This document shows, piece after piece, positions 13,091 to 24,692 of a stretch of DNA of 64,000 nt (within the stretch, counting starts at the first letter, position 1; each line of letters starts with the position of its first letter). A model generated the notes under the pieces. It did no database searches and was not told where the DNA came from. It was given only the letters and a program-made list of their open reading frames with translations. The DNA comes from Eukaryota sp. TZLM1-RC (Eukaryota; Protista; Metamonada: BaSk clade). The position numbers and the translations under genes were made by a program. The stretch lies in assembly GCA_040285825.1 (NCBI GenBank), contig JAUPSS010000002.1, forward strand, positions 3,596,001 to 3,660,000, written 5' to 3'.

Positions 13091-13541
13091 TAGACACAGC
13101 AGCAAACCAAACCTGTCTTTCAAACCTCATGTGAAACCGCTGTTAACCTTTATGGTTCTTCTAAACAAAAGACAGTTGGCAAAATATATTAACCTTCACC
13201 ATGGTTGCGTCATGCCTAAATTTAATGAAAACGTTGGATGAGTTCCGTGGTAGTTGGGACTTATATTATAATCAATTTGATTATAATTAATCTTAATCAT
13301 GTTGTATTTCACTTATTATTATATTGTAATACACTGTGCCTTTTTAAATCCAACTCCAAAATTATCATTCTTATGATATCCAGCTTTAGTGTGGTTTGTT
13401 TATAACAAAATAAAGATCTGTTCTTATGTTAAATATGTAAAATATGTGGATGGATGTATATAATTGATATTTTTAATTTGTAGAAACACTGTTTGAAATA
13501 ATAAATAAACAAAAATTATGAATAATTTGTAACTTCTGTAT

Positions 13542-14156
13542 TCACATTGCAGCACCCATTTCTTCACGAGGTTTAAAAAACTCTCGACACATAAATCTGT
13601 TAAGTGTGTCATAAGACCCGTGATGGATCTTATCCTTAACCCTACATCTTGATTCATATTTTGCTACCAATACAAGATTCATTAATGAACATCCAAAAGA
13701 TAGGGATAACTTCTCAAGGAACTTTAAACCTGGAAGGAGGAAGCAGATAACATGCATGGGACTAAAGAAAATGAACAATACCTTGCATCCTACAGATGGT
13801 TCCCATAAGTGCAGCTCTTGACCTGGTACCTGCACACTTCTACGCATGAAGGAAAAGAAACCCTGCTTGGGAGCAACACGGTGCAAAGAGGTTTCTTCCT
13901 CGGCATTTTCGGATGGTATCAGATACTTGCGATGTCGAAAAGTAAACATAATAAAGTTAACAAAAGATATAAGTACAAGATATGGCTTGAGAACTTCTGG
14001 ACCTAGACACGACATGTATAATAAGTAATTGAGGATAGCCGCTATAGCCAGAGCCCTAGTGAATCTTAACAAATCAGAGCTATCAAGATTGAGCATCTTG
14101 AACAGAAACCAGGCTTCTGTATTTGAGGGGGCGTCTGCAGGAAATTTAGAACTCAT
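13542..14156 (-). CDS. Nur1/Mug154-like (DUF2418) inner nuclear membrane protein
   Basis: 204 aa with two pairs of TM segments and the motifs LWEPS..KVLFIFFSPMH and KDKIHH..YD..NRFM. Confidence 0.6.
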   Translation of the reverse strand: MSSKFPADAPSNTEAWFLFKMLNLDSSDLLRFTRALAIAAILNYLLYMSCLGPEVLKPYLVLISFVNFIMFTFRHRKYLIPSENAEEETSLHRVAPKQGFFSFMRRSVQVPGQELHLWEPSVGCKVLFIFFSPMHVICFLLPGLKFLEKLSLSFGCSLMNLVLVAKYESRCRVKDKIHHGSYDTLNRFMCREFFKPREEMGAAM

Positions 14157-14229
14157 GAGAGTTTAAACAATTGAATAGTCAATTCGCAAATCAAAAAATT
14201 GAGTTTCCCGGCATTTCTATCTACAACAG

Positions 14230-15318
14230 ATGAGCTGGCGTAAATACGTAAGTGCGTCTCAAACTGCTTCACAACGAACTCCATTTACGTCCTCACAAAT
14301 TGGAAGTTTCAATTCATCTCAAGTTGGTCCATATTCATCATCTCAGAATGCTTTTTCCAACTCCCAAACAAGTCTATTCACGACACATTCTCAACCAGAT
14401 AATGCCAGTTCATTTTCGCAAAGATCATCTAATGGTGTGAATAAGTTTTCAACATCACAATTCTCACTTCGTAAAACAAGCCCATCTCAACCTGTTTCTG
14501 ATCTTATCCACATAACTAACCAAAATCAAAGAGATAGAGAAAATCAACAACGATTACTAGCCCAATTACCATCAAAGGATGACTTTTCCAACCTTGAGAA
14601 TATTTGTGAAAAACGATTTGTCAAGATTGAAAACAAAATAGAAGAGAGTCATAAGGAGACGATTTTAAGGGTAAATAAGTTGGAGGCAATGATGGAACAC
14701 TTGCAAAATCAATTGAATGGAACCATGTCTGTGTTATCAGAAAACAGTCATGTGGATTATTCCAAACAGTCAATTGACGTTCAAAATGTTGGTAATCAAA
14801 TTTTTGATAAATTGGACCTAATTGGAAGGGAAATTTACAAAGTTAGATCTAATGTTGCTTTGTCTGTGCAAGAATCAAATCAAAAAGCTTTAATTTTGCA
14901 AGAAGGGATGTTTAAGGAATTTTACAATGAACAGATGAAAATGAATACGAATATGGAGAAGATGCAGCATGAATTTACGCAAAAAATGTCTGAAAATGCA
15001 AACATTTATTTGATGAAAGAAGAGGAAAAGAACAACGAAAAAACCAACATTATCCAAGAAACACCAAAACTAGAACACCTACCAGTTCGTTGTGCATCAG
15101 ACACGAGTGACAACAGCCAAGATCAACGGGCTTCAGCAATGGTGAATCAACTGAAGAAACAAATTGAGAAGAAGTGTGAAGTTCAAGAAAATGATGACAT
15201 GTTTGATATGTTTGAAGATGTGTTTGCATTTGAACAAAACACTCCAGATACTCATGTGAGGAATCACAGAGCTACACGTACAGTGGCTCCTCCAAGGAAA
15301 AGACGGAGACGACGTTGA
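14230..15318 (+). CDS. SQ-cluster coiled-coil nuclear protein
   Basis: 362-aa intact ORF: N-terminal SQ repeats, central heptads, C-terminal PPRKRRRRR NLS. It is head-to-head with the Nur1-like gene (73 bp apart). Confidence 0.75.
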   Translation: MSWRKYVSASQTASQRTPFTSSQIGSFNSSQVGPYSSSQNAFSNSQTSLFTTHSQPDNASSFSQRSSNGVNKFSTSQFSLRKTSPSQPVSDLIHITNQNQRDRENQQRLLAQLPSKDDFSNLENICEKRFVKIENKIEESHKETILRVNKLEAMMEHLQNQLNGTMSVLSENSHVDYSKQSIDVQNVGNQIFDKLDLIGREIYKVRSNVALSVQESNQKALILQEGMFKEFYNEQMKMNTNMEKMQHEFTQKMSENANIYLMKEEEKNNEKTNIIQETPKLEHLPVRCASDTSDNSQDQRASAMVNQLKKQIEKKCEVQENDDMFDMFEDVFAFEQNTPDTHVRNHRATRTVAPPRKRRRRR

Positions 15319-15635
15319 GCATTCAACGAACAGTAAATAAAAGATATAAAATAAACGATATATTTAGTATTTTTCAAGGTAGGCAAGTTGATAAAGAAAT
15401 CACTAGTAGCAGATACACAGGACTTGTTGGTGGTAACACGATTGGAGGAAATTGAAATTCAACAGGTTGCTTGCTTTCAATAAACCCAGAGGATAATACT
15501 ATACAAAAAACCTTGGACAACCATCAGCACTGGTAACATTAGTTCAAAACAGTCTAGATAAGTGGAAGATTTGAGAATGAGCAAAATGATTAATTTGCCG
15601 AAACAACCCTTTTTCCTTTCCTCTTTACTTACAAC

Positions 15636-16407
15636 ATGGCTATCGGAAAGAATAAACGTACCGGTGGAAAGAAGGGTGGACGTAAAAAGGTGTATGTTCA
15701 CTTATGCGTCTTATCCCAGTGTTGATGCCTTCGCCAAGAAAGAATGGTATGATATCAGAGCACCTGCTATGTTTGTCAACCGTGATGTTGGTAAAACTGT
15801 CGTATCTAAAACCGCTGGTTTGAAGCTCGCCTCAGATGGTCTCAAAGGCCGCACCATCGAATCACATGTTGCTGATCTTAACAACAATGATGATCAATAC
15901 AGAAAGATTAAGCTCCGCATTGAAGACGTCTCAGGAAAAACCTGCCTCACCAACTTCCACGGAATGTCCTTCACCAGTGACCGTTTAAAGTCTCTTATCA
16001 AGAAGTGGCACTCTTTGATTGAAGCACACATTGACGTCAAGACCACTGACGGTTATATTCTCCGTCTCTTCTGTATCGGTTTCACTGCCACTGTCAGGGG
16101 ACAAGTACGCAAGACTAGTTATGCCCAGAGTTCTCAAATCAGAAAGATCCGTGCCAAGATGTTCTCTATCATGAAGAAGGAATCATCAACTGACCTCAAG
16201 ACCTTCGTTGCCAAACTATCAGGTGATAAGATTGGTAATGAAATCACCAAAGCTTGCCAAGGCATCTACCCCCTTCAGAACGTTCACATCAGAAAGGTCA
16301 AGGTTGTTCGTGCCCCCAAATTTGATGCCGCTCGTTTAATGGAGCTCCATACTAAGCCAGTTGAAACTGGTGAAGTTGTCGCTCCCGCCCCAGAAGTGAC
16401 TGCTTAA
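15636..16407 (+). CDS. RPS3A: 40S ribosomal protein S3a (eS1); exons 15636-15691 and 15720-16407
   Basis: [17 protein letters not shown] spliced through a 28-nt GTATGT..CCCAG intron to [16 protein letters not shown]...[14 protein letters not shown]; 247 aa. Confidence 0.97.
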
Positions 16408-17024
16408 TTTGATTTTTGTTATTTCGTTTAGTTTTGTGAGAGGTTGGTCTTAACAAAACACAGTTATCATTAGGTTTTAATAAACATCTATCTGTGTTGT
16501 TTCAGTTTCACAACACATATAATTCTTCAAACGTATTTACTTCTTATTCGTATTTACTTATTTTTCAAACGAAATAATTATACAAATGATTAATTTGCGG
16601 GTTTTCCACCATTACGTAATTTGTTCAATGCCATTCTCACATGGACAGATTGCATCCTTCTAATTGTTGTTCCAATGAAGAATTAAATAGTGCTGCTTAA
16701 CCTAAGTCCATGTTTTGTACAACAACATTATTTTAAAACAAGTGTATAAACAATTCTCTGATGTGAAATTATTTGACATTATTTTGTAGCCCAAGGAATC
16801 AACACAAGAAAATCACAGACTATGTGGTCAAAATTTGCTGCGCTTCAATCAGATTTTCAGAGGTACGGAATTTATCCTTCTCTCAGGTCATTGCCCCAAT
16901 TACTCCCAGTCGTTTCTTTCTGATTCATTTGGGATAGAAGATAAACAATTTGTACTGTATTCTGTTCTTTTAAATTATCTCCCTGAATTTTTTTAATATA
17001 TTTAATTTATTCTAAAAGATACAG

Positions 17025-17910
17025 TCTAAAAATCAAAATCTTCAAAACAAGCTTCCACACCATAAAACTGTACAACTGCAATGTTTTCGTAATGTGCACT
17101 GACAGACATCAAAGCTTTCGAAATCATTTTAGGAATTGTTTTGAAAATAGTAAAAACAATACGATTTAGCCAGAAACGACAATCAAAACACTTCTTCAGT
17201 TTTCTTTTTAAAAATCTTCAAAATCATCAATAAAATTCATAGCAGTTTTTCCAAGACGACCATACAAAGAAATAGCAAATGGCCAAATATGGTAATCTAC
17301 ATGGCGAACATGTTTCAATTCTTTCAAAGGATTTGTATGTTTTTTTCGTTTGTACAATTCTAAGTCATCAAGGAGAGATACTTCGGATTGTGCATTTCTC
17401 AAAGCATTTTTCATGCAAACGTCCACTGTAACGACATCAACAACATTCAAGACATCATTAAACGACGGCACAACAACATCAGCACGTCGTTTTATATATT
17501 TTGAATATCTTACGTTTTCATTTATATCAAGAGACTTCATCAATGATTCTACAAATGATTCAATATAATGGGAATTACACATTGCATGAATTTCATCTCT
17601 GACAGCATTATGCAAAGTGAACCGATAAGAAATTAATCTTTTGCAATTGAATAAATGTGTAAATGTCAAACCAGCTCCACATTTGCAAAACAAATCATTG
17701 AGCAAAATACAAGGCCATAAATAACAACGCATTCTCATAGCGGTGGTCTATTGACCGTCATTCAAAAATAGCCATTAAACTGGGGAATTTGATGCAACAA
17801 AACTGTAGATGAACTCTCCTTCAAATCAATCAAAAAATTTGCAAAAACAGGATCTTTTTGCTTAGCCGTGCTAAGTCGAACAATAAAATCCTTACTTTCA
17901 AAATTGTTCT
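17025..17910 (-). mobile_element. 3' fragment of RLE non-LTR element (family C)
   Basis: MRMRCYLWP, CKCG..H..NC, HNAVRD, RADV, K.KKH, PFAISLYG; ends FEDFDF*. Confidence 0.85.
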
Positions 17911-17929
17911 CTTAAATACAAATAGAATC

Positions 17930-18905
17930 CATTTATCAATATCCTTTAGATGATACCACATTTTCTTGTACAATGTGTTTTCGATGTTTTATTTGTCAAT
18001 ATAAGGTTCATCATAATTTGGTTTCAAATGTGGTTCAAAAATTTCTCCAAATCATTTGTTTTACTGTATACATTTCATTACTTTTCGATCAAAAGTCTAT
18101 GATGCAATTAGACGTCAGCTCTATTGTATCTCTAAGTCTCACCGAATTGTCTCCTATTTGGGACCAATACTTTCACGTTTGGTTGATGAGAACATTTTGA
18201 ATTCTTTTGGTCGTAACAGAGGCGATTTAGTGCTTGAAGGACTTGATGGACCACTATCATTACTGATGTGTGTAATAATTCTTTCATACCATTAGCTCAG
18301 TCAAAACACAAGACTCCGCTCTCTGTTGCCGAAAATTCTAAAATTGATAAATATAAAGCAAAGTTGGTTTCCTTGAATACTGAATCTCACACTCATTATG
18401 TCCTTTGTCCATTTGCTTTTTCCTTACATGGTACGCTTGAATCACTTGCTTTATCTTTTATGGATGATTTTGTTGAAATAGTAAAACAACGTACAGGAAG
18501 AATTTTTGAAAAAACGTTTTGGCAGAACAGAGATGTATTTTCAATTTTCAAAGCTGTTGTATCGTTATTGTCTTCTGCTTTATTATCTCTTGGTCGCTTT
18601 TATGAAGGAAAAACTTCCAGTCAATTTTTGTTGGCTGATTTGGGATATCAAGATCTAACCCTTTGAATGACTTCCAAAAAATGGTGCAAGAAAAAACAAT
18701 GAGAAGATTTGATATATTTTTATGGCGTTCACGGATTCAATTTGCCATTATTAATAGATTACCACGGTTTTTCAATCGAATAAGAGAAGCTTTAGCTAGA
18801 CAGCAAGCAGATCGAGATTTTGTAGAGGAAATCTTGGTTCAATGATAGTCGTCCCATTAGTATTGAGTTAATTTAATTAAGTGTGCAAATTCAATAAATA
18901 AAAAA
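17930..18905 (+). mobile_element. RLE non-LTR 3' fragment (family D) directly fused to a family B 3' end (from about 18664)
   Basis: RGDLVLEG..ENSKIDKY..PFAFSLHG, followed by DFQKMV..DFVEEILV and the family B 3' UTR. Confidence 0.8.
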
Positions 18906-19020
18906 GATATCAAGATTTAGAATTTTCATTTTTGTGTTTAGTTTTATGAAAGTAATAAATTGAAAATTATTGAAAAAAATTTATCAACATTTTATCAAGT
19001 TCATCAATCTCTACTTCAAT

Positions 19021-19495
19021 ATGGAATCACAAAACGTTGACCTTTCCACATTACCTCCAGAAGCCCTTGAAAGCATCGTCAAGCAAACTGAACAAGAAAT
19101 ATCTATTCTACGATCCTCTATAGTTCAACTTCGATCTGCCCAAAGCAGATTTAGACAATCAAAGGACTCTCTTGATCAACTCAACACTACAGAACCAGAT
19201 TCTGAAATGTTGGTTCCACTTACTGATTCGGTTTGCCTAATCTCCGTTTTAACCTCAGCTTTATGTACCCGGTAGATCGAGGGACACATCTAAAGTCCTA
19301 GTTGAAATTGGTACAGGTTATTATGCCGAACGTAAGGTTGATCAAGCCAAAGGTTACTTTTCTAGAAAGGTTAAGTACCTTGATGGTCGTATCAAAGAGT
19401 TATCTGAAGCACATGATCAGAAGAATCAATTGCTCAATGTTTCTTCACAGTTGCTAAGACAACACCAACAGGCTGCATCACAAAAAAGCCAATAA
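19021..19495 (+). CDS. PFDN5: Prefoldin subunit 5 (alpha); exons 19021-19230 and 19259-19495
   Basis: EMLVPLTDS|LYVPG...VLVEIGTGYYAE...AKGYFSRK after removing a 28-nt GT-AG intron; 148 aa. Confidence 0.93.
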
Positions 19496-19598
19496 AATAT
19501 TAACTCAATATGTAATAATCTAACAAGTTTTTTTATTAATAGCAACAATAAAACAACCTACTGAATTTTTGATTAAAAATAAACAACACACGCAAATC

Positions 19599-19933
19599 TT
19601 ACGATGAAGTAGCAGTCTTTTGCAGTTGTTGTAACTGATTGTAGGCAGATTTCAGTTCTTCAGACATTTTCTCAATCGTGGCTTGAAGAATGTCTCTATT
19701 TTGCTTAACAGCAGGATCGACTTCACCAACAGTACGTTCTACAAGTACTGATCCGACCATTCGGTAGCACTTCCTCCCAGAATCGAGTTTGCTCAAAGAA
19801 TCAAGAACAACGCTAATGTGAAAAGAAGGGCTGTTGCATACTTGTGTTCATGACGACTACTTTCAAGTTCAGAAAGTTTTTCTTGCATTGCGGAAATGTG
19901 TTGTTTTAGCTTTTGGATGTTTTCAGATGCCAT
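19599..19933 (-). CDS. PFDN2: Prefoldin subunit 2 (beta); exons 19933-19842 and 19812-19599
   Basis: ELE...HEH.VV.D.L..LD..RKCYRMVGSVLVERTVGEV after removing a 29-nt GT-AG intron; 101 aa. Confidence 0.92.
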
Positions 19934-20324
19934 TGGTTGTGAGAGTATATGGGTTAAGTAAAGGAGATGTTTGTGAGAATCAAAATCGCTAAAATGGTTT
20001 ATTCAAATTCTTGAATTCGGTATCAATATTAATCAACTATTTTCGATGTTCGACATTGAAACAAAATTATGTATTTGAGATCAGGGAAAGAGCTGAGCAA
20101 GATTAAATGCGATTGAAATAGGAATAGGAGACCACCATGTAAGTTCTAACCAAACCGATGTGCTTTTCAAAGTCCAGGTTCATGTTGCTTAAAACTCGCA
20201 AAATGCTTGTACAATTGCTTAGCCATTTATTTATTTTGATTAAAAACGGTTGAGATCGTTGACAATTGAGCTCAATGATTGATGATACATCAAGTTTGGA
20301 CGATAACAAATTCTATATAATATA

Positions 20325-21770
20325 ATTTATTGAGTTTGCACACTTGATTAGATTAAATCATAACTAATGGGACGACTATCATTAAACCAAGATTTCCTCT
20401 ACAAAATCTTGATTTGCTTGCTGTCTAGCTTCTCTAATTCGATTGAAAAACCGCAGTAATCTATTAATAATGGCAAATTGAATCCGTGAACGCCATAAAA
20501 AAATATCAAATCTTTTCATTGTTTTTTCTTTCACCATTTTTTGGAAGTCATCCAAAAAAGTTTCTATTTCAACTGATAATCTTCCATTAATCGAAAATGG
20601 GAAAGCAATAAAAACGAGCTGTGTATTTCTATCGACATTTGCCTCTTCAATGTCTTTATCATATTTTCTATGTTTCTCTCTTGCTTTAAAATCCAGAGCA
20701 GCCACCGGATTAAGTTTTCTTCTGTGAACCAAAGTATCAATTGCAACATTACATGAGACAAAGTCAACAATAGCTTCAGAATTATCAATCCAATCACAGT
20801 ATACATCACCTCTATCATCAGAACCAAAATTATTCAGAGAAAGTGTTTCCTTCAGCAGGGGCTCTTTGATACACGATATCATTGCAGTTTGCGCCATATT
20901 GAAAACAGTGTCTCTAACAGCATCATGTAATGAAGAACGATAAGTTATCAATTTAGAGCAATTTAGAGCATGGCGTAAAGTGAGTTGAGGTGAATTCGAA
21001 CAAATACATTTTTCTTTTGATAATAATTGGTTAATGGGGATGTTCAAATATAATCTCATTTTTGTTACAAATGCTTCATTAGTGGCACACAATCCAAATC
21101 TTCGTGGTACAATGGTTACAAAAAGTGAAGAATCTGACGCCTTGTTTTCACAAACACCCTTTTCCAATAACAATGAGTGAAGATCTTGATTTAAAACAGC
21201 CGAGCTGCAAATATTATTATAAAGATCTTTTTCATACATTCCAGTCAATCTTTTCTGTAATGTTCGAAGAGTGTACTTCAAATTTAAAACATTTTTTTCT
21301 GGAATATTGCCATTGAATGATTGGGGAAAACATCGACCCCATTTTTCTACATCAATTCTTGAAATTTCTTCATTTAATGCAAAAACAGTGGAACTTTGCG
21401 TTGTCATCAATAAATCTTCCCAATCTGCAAATCTTTCGGAAAACTCAAAGATTGCATTTCTGCATCCACCAACAAAAGCACACGAGGTAATAATAGAAGC
21501 CTTCGTCCACCCTAAACCGCCATAATGTGGACTAAGGTAAGCATGATTTGGAATTTGAAACATTTTACATCCCAGTAATTGAGACAGAACCTTTGCCGTA
21601 ACTCATTAAACTTTTGAGCCAAAGGTCTAGTGACGAGAGGATTTGTAGATCGAAATATATGATTAAAATTGGAACTAAAACACAGTCTTATAATGGTAAA
21701 TTTGATGTGTTGTTTTATATCTAAATTCATCATTCGGTCAATTTTATATAATTGAATTAACATTTATGAG
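20325..21770 (-). mobile_element. 5'-truncated RLE non-LTR element (family B)
   Basis: CICS..H..NC, HDAVRD, RGD..D, K.RKY. Near-identical to 56851-57934, including the 3' UTR. Confidence 0.9.
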
Positions 21771-22577
21771 TTTTAAATATAAAGATCATGAATCAAGACG
21801 TTCTTGTTTTTCATCATACAATTCAATCATAGCAAGAAACAAAGCAAACTTCACTAGTGAAGTGGCTAATTGTTCTTTTGAACATTCAACGTGAAATATT
21901 GAGCTTGCAACAATGTGAGGTCTCCACCCATAATGTTTTTGTATCGTTTTACCATCATTGGACAAAGTTTTACTATCAGCTATATCATCTTTTGATTATA
22001 CACAGGTTTTGACTTGATCTGCGATAGAAGAATAAAGCTTGTCAACGTAAAATCACGAAATTATTTCATAAAATAATTCAATTGATAAATAAAACAGATT
22101 TTACTTTTCACAATAAAAAAATGTGAAAAAGGTTTAAATTTCAAAAATTCATCTACTATAAAAATAATTGTTAGAGTAAACTTTTCACCTAGTTTCAAAT
22201 TGTGACAAACAATCATCTTGTTTTATAAAGGTGATGTCAATCACACAAAACATCACTTTCTCAGTTGGTTGCTCCAAATACTGAATTGATTTAATTTAGT
22301 TTCGTGGGGAACAAATTGGGATGTATCCTTTGCGTGGTTATGGAGACCTAGGTATTGATAATTCAGTTTAATGAAGAAAAGTTCTCAAGAATGGTTACCG
22401 AAAGTCATGATGAAGTAATTAAATTTATCAATGAATTCAACAATTTTGAACCGGGGATTGAAAATAAAATAAAAAAGTAGAACAATATAATATAAATAAA
22501 AAACAATACAATGAATAAAGTGAATAAAAGTGTGAATTCTGACAGTTTGACAACCTCAACGAAAATTGCTTCTGATG

Positions 22578-22925
22578 TTACCATAGTTGGAGGGTATGGC
22601 ACCAAATCGAATGCCTTTTATAAGACTTATTCAACTTTAATAGAATCACATTTATTAAACGAATTTGTTCTTTTAGGTTTTAGCGTTTATGTGGGTTTTC
22701 ACATAAAGTAATTTCTGTATAATTTGGATGGAATGAGTAGCAGGCGAAATACTGTTGTGTCATTTTTGAAGAATAGCTTTAAGTACCACAATGCTTTTAA
22801 TGAAATTATTCAAAAACCAAAAGAAAAGCGTCACTGTTGGTTGGTATGGTTGGTAGTGTTATTATCATTGAAACAGATGATGTCTATAACAATGAAATCA
22901 GTGTCTTTTTTACACCGATGTAGAG
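22578..22925 (-). ncRNA. Candidate Fanzor omegaRNA scaffold
   Basis: Four hairpins directly 3' of the Fanzor ORF: 22898-22918, 22865-22895, 22686-22707, 22598-22615. The boundaries are a guess. Confidence 0.4.
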
Positions 22926-24640
22926 GGACTTAGTATTTGAGAGGTGGAAGATTTTCTTTTTGATAGCTTTTTCTTTGAACCTATGTCAACCTTGGCTCTC
23001 TGCAGGTATTCCGGTCTATCTCCACCATTTACATGTGCTTCCATCACTGCCAACATATTCAGCGAAGCATTTCGATCTCTATTCCACAAACTTTCGCATG
23101 ATTTACACATGGTAAGCCCGTGACGAATAGACATCTCATGCCTTTTCCATGGCCTAGGATTTCTGCACCATCGGAATGTTTCAACTGTTTTCTCCGCTTT
23201 CTTTCAGTTGAAACAACGGCAACATTTGGTTCGAATCTCATCAATCAAAAAGACCTTATAACCAGCCGTTTTAAATAGAATTCTCAACCCTTTTCCTTTG
23301 ATTGGTTCTTTGAATTTCATGTGTTTTCGTTGTTCCCAGTCTCCGATTCCAATAACTACTTGACTTGGATCACCAATTACTGATTTGAATCTCTGAATCA
23401 TCTTCGCCTCAGATCTTGTGCGATTAATCTCAGCCCACCATCTTAGTTTCCTAAATATTGTTTGATGATAAATTTCACCAACAATACTATTCACAAAATT
23501 CTTTTGTTTAATATACTCCATAAATCTATCAAACCTGCAGCTTTTGCAATTGAATTGGGATAAAGTTGCTTCCCAATCTACTACAGATTTATTCGTGTGA
23601 TCATTATTTGTCAAATTGAATGAGTAATCAATTTCGTGGGGAATATTCATTTCTTGAGGCACTTTTCCTCTTAATAAACTAATTGTTCTTTCAGTCATTT
23701 GATTAATTATACTGCTGTTTAAATCCATCCTTTGTTGTTGCTCTTCAGATGGTTCATAATTGGATAGATCAGTCACTCTACCAGTAGAGTTACTTATTGT
23801 GATAAGAGTGTCATTACGTATGCTGTCTCTTATTCTTTTGAATTTGGAACTTCTCGACTCAAATCTTCGTTGATTTTGAGTGTACCTGAAATGAACATAT
23901 TTATCTCTCTCAGGTTTTTTTTGAATGAGTCATTCCAGTAGCTAAATTGACAGAAAAATAGAGTAGATCAGATTTAACCGGATCAGCAGCAGCAAGGGTC
24001 ATATCTTGGAATTCAGAAGGATTGATGCTGGGGTCATCAATATATTTTTCTTTATCTTTTAATTTTTTTGCAGTTACTTTGTACTTTTTCAAGTCAATTC
24101 TAGATTGAGTGAAACTTACTGCTATTCCATCAGTCTCGATACTAGACATGATGTATTTTGAACTTTCTGAATAATGTTTAGTGTTTTTAGTCTCGTCCAT
24201 TTTACAAAAGGTATTCCATAAAACCAAATCACCAGCTTGGTCATTGCATTGGTAGGACGACCTTGGACCAAGAATGTCCTTGAATTGGACAAAGAACAAG
24301 TCCAATAAACTTGTTTTGTCAATTCTGATATACGAGGGAATACAAGAATTCTTCAAAGGCAGAGCATGAAAGAGTTTGATCTCCTCATTTTCTGGAAAAT
24401 TATTAATATAAAACAATGCTCTCAAATACAAATTTGATTTTGACGAAAAACAAACTTTGAATGCTTTTCCTTTTTGGAATTACTGGAAAGTAAATGAGGG
24501 ATCTGGTCATTAATGAAAAGCGAAGTAATTGATGAGACTTTGTTTCTCACTGCAGAAGTTTCGCCATCAATATCTCTACATCCTTCTAGAAGGAGGGATT
24601 TAATTTTGTTGATGAATGATGAGAAGTTTATCATTATCAT
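22910..24640 (-). pseudogene. Fanzor1 (eukaryotic TnpB-derived RNA-guided nuclease), 5'-truncated and disrupted
   Basis: In order: LFHALPL..IPSYIRID, IETDGIAVS, RuvC-I AADPVKSDLLY, RYTQNQRR, FRKLRW, IGDWEQ..KEP.KGKG, RuvC-II LIDEIRT.CCRC, NPRPW..HGL..CKSC, RuvC-III WNRDRNASLNM, RPEYLQR. Two frameshifts (about 24425, and an A8 run near 23915) and one in-frame TGA (23204-23206). Confidence 0.88.
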
Positions 24641-24692
24641 TGAAAGCAGAAATCAATAATCATTATCAGATTATTCTTGATTGGATTTGCAA

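Noticed and set aside
15562-15719. N-terminal extension of RPS3A shown in the ORF track
   Set aside because: Artefact of reading through the intron. The canonical MAIGKNK start is at 15636 in another frame.
22910-22916. GGTGTAA at the Fanzor stop as the element's right end
   Set aside because: It forms one arm of a hairpin that extends further 3', and more hairpins follow. The end cannot be fixed from one copy.
9048-23206. Stop-codon reassignment suggested by in-frame TAA/TGA in RT and Fanzor
   Set aside because: Host genes end in TAA, TAG and TGA, and a sibling copy has TTA at the 9048-equivalent codon, so these are ordinary nonsense mutations.
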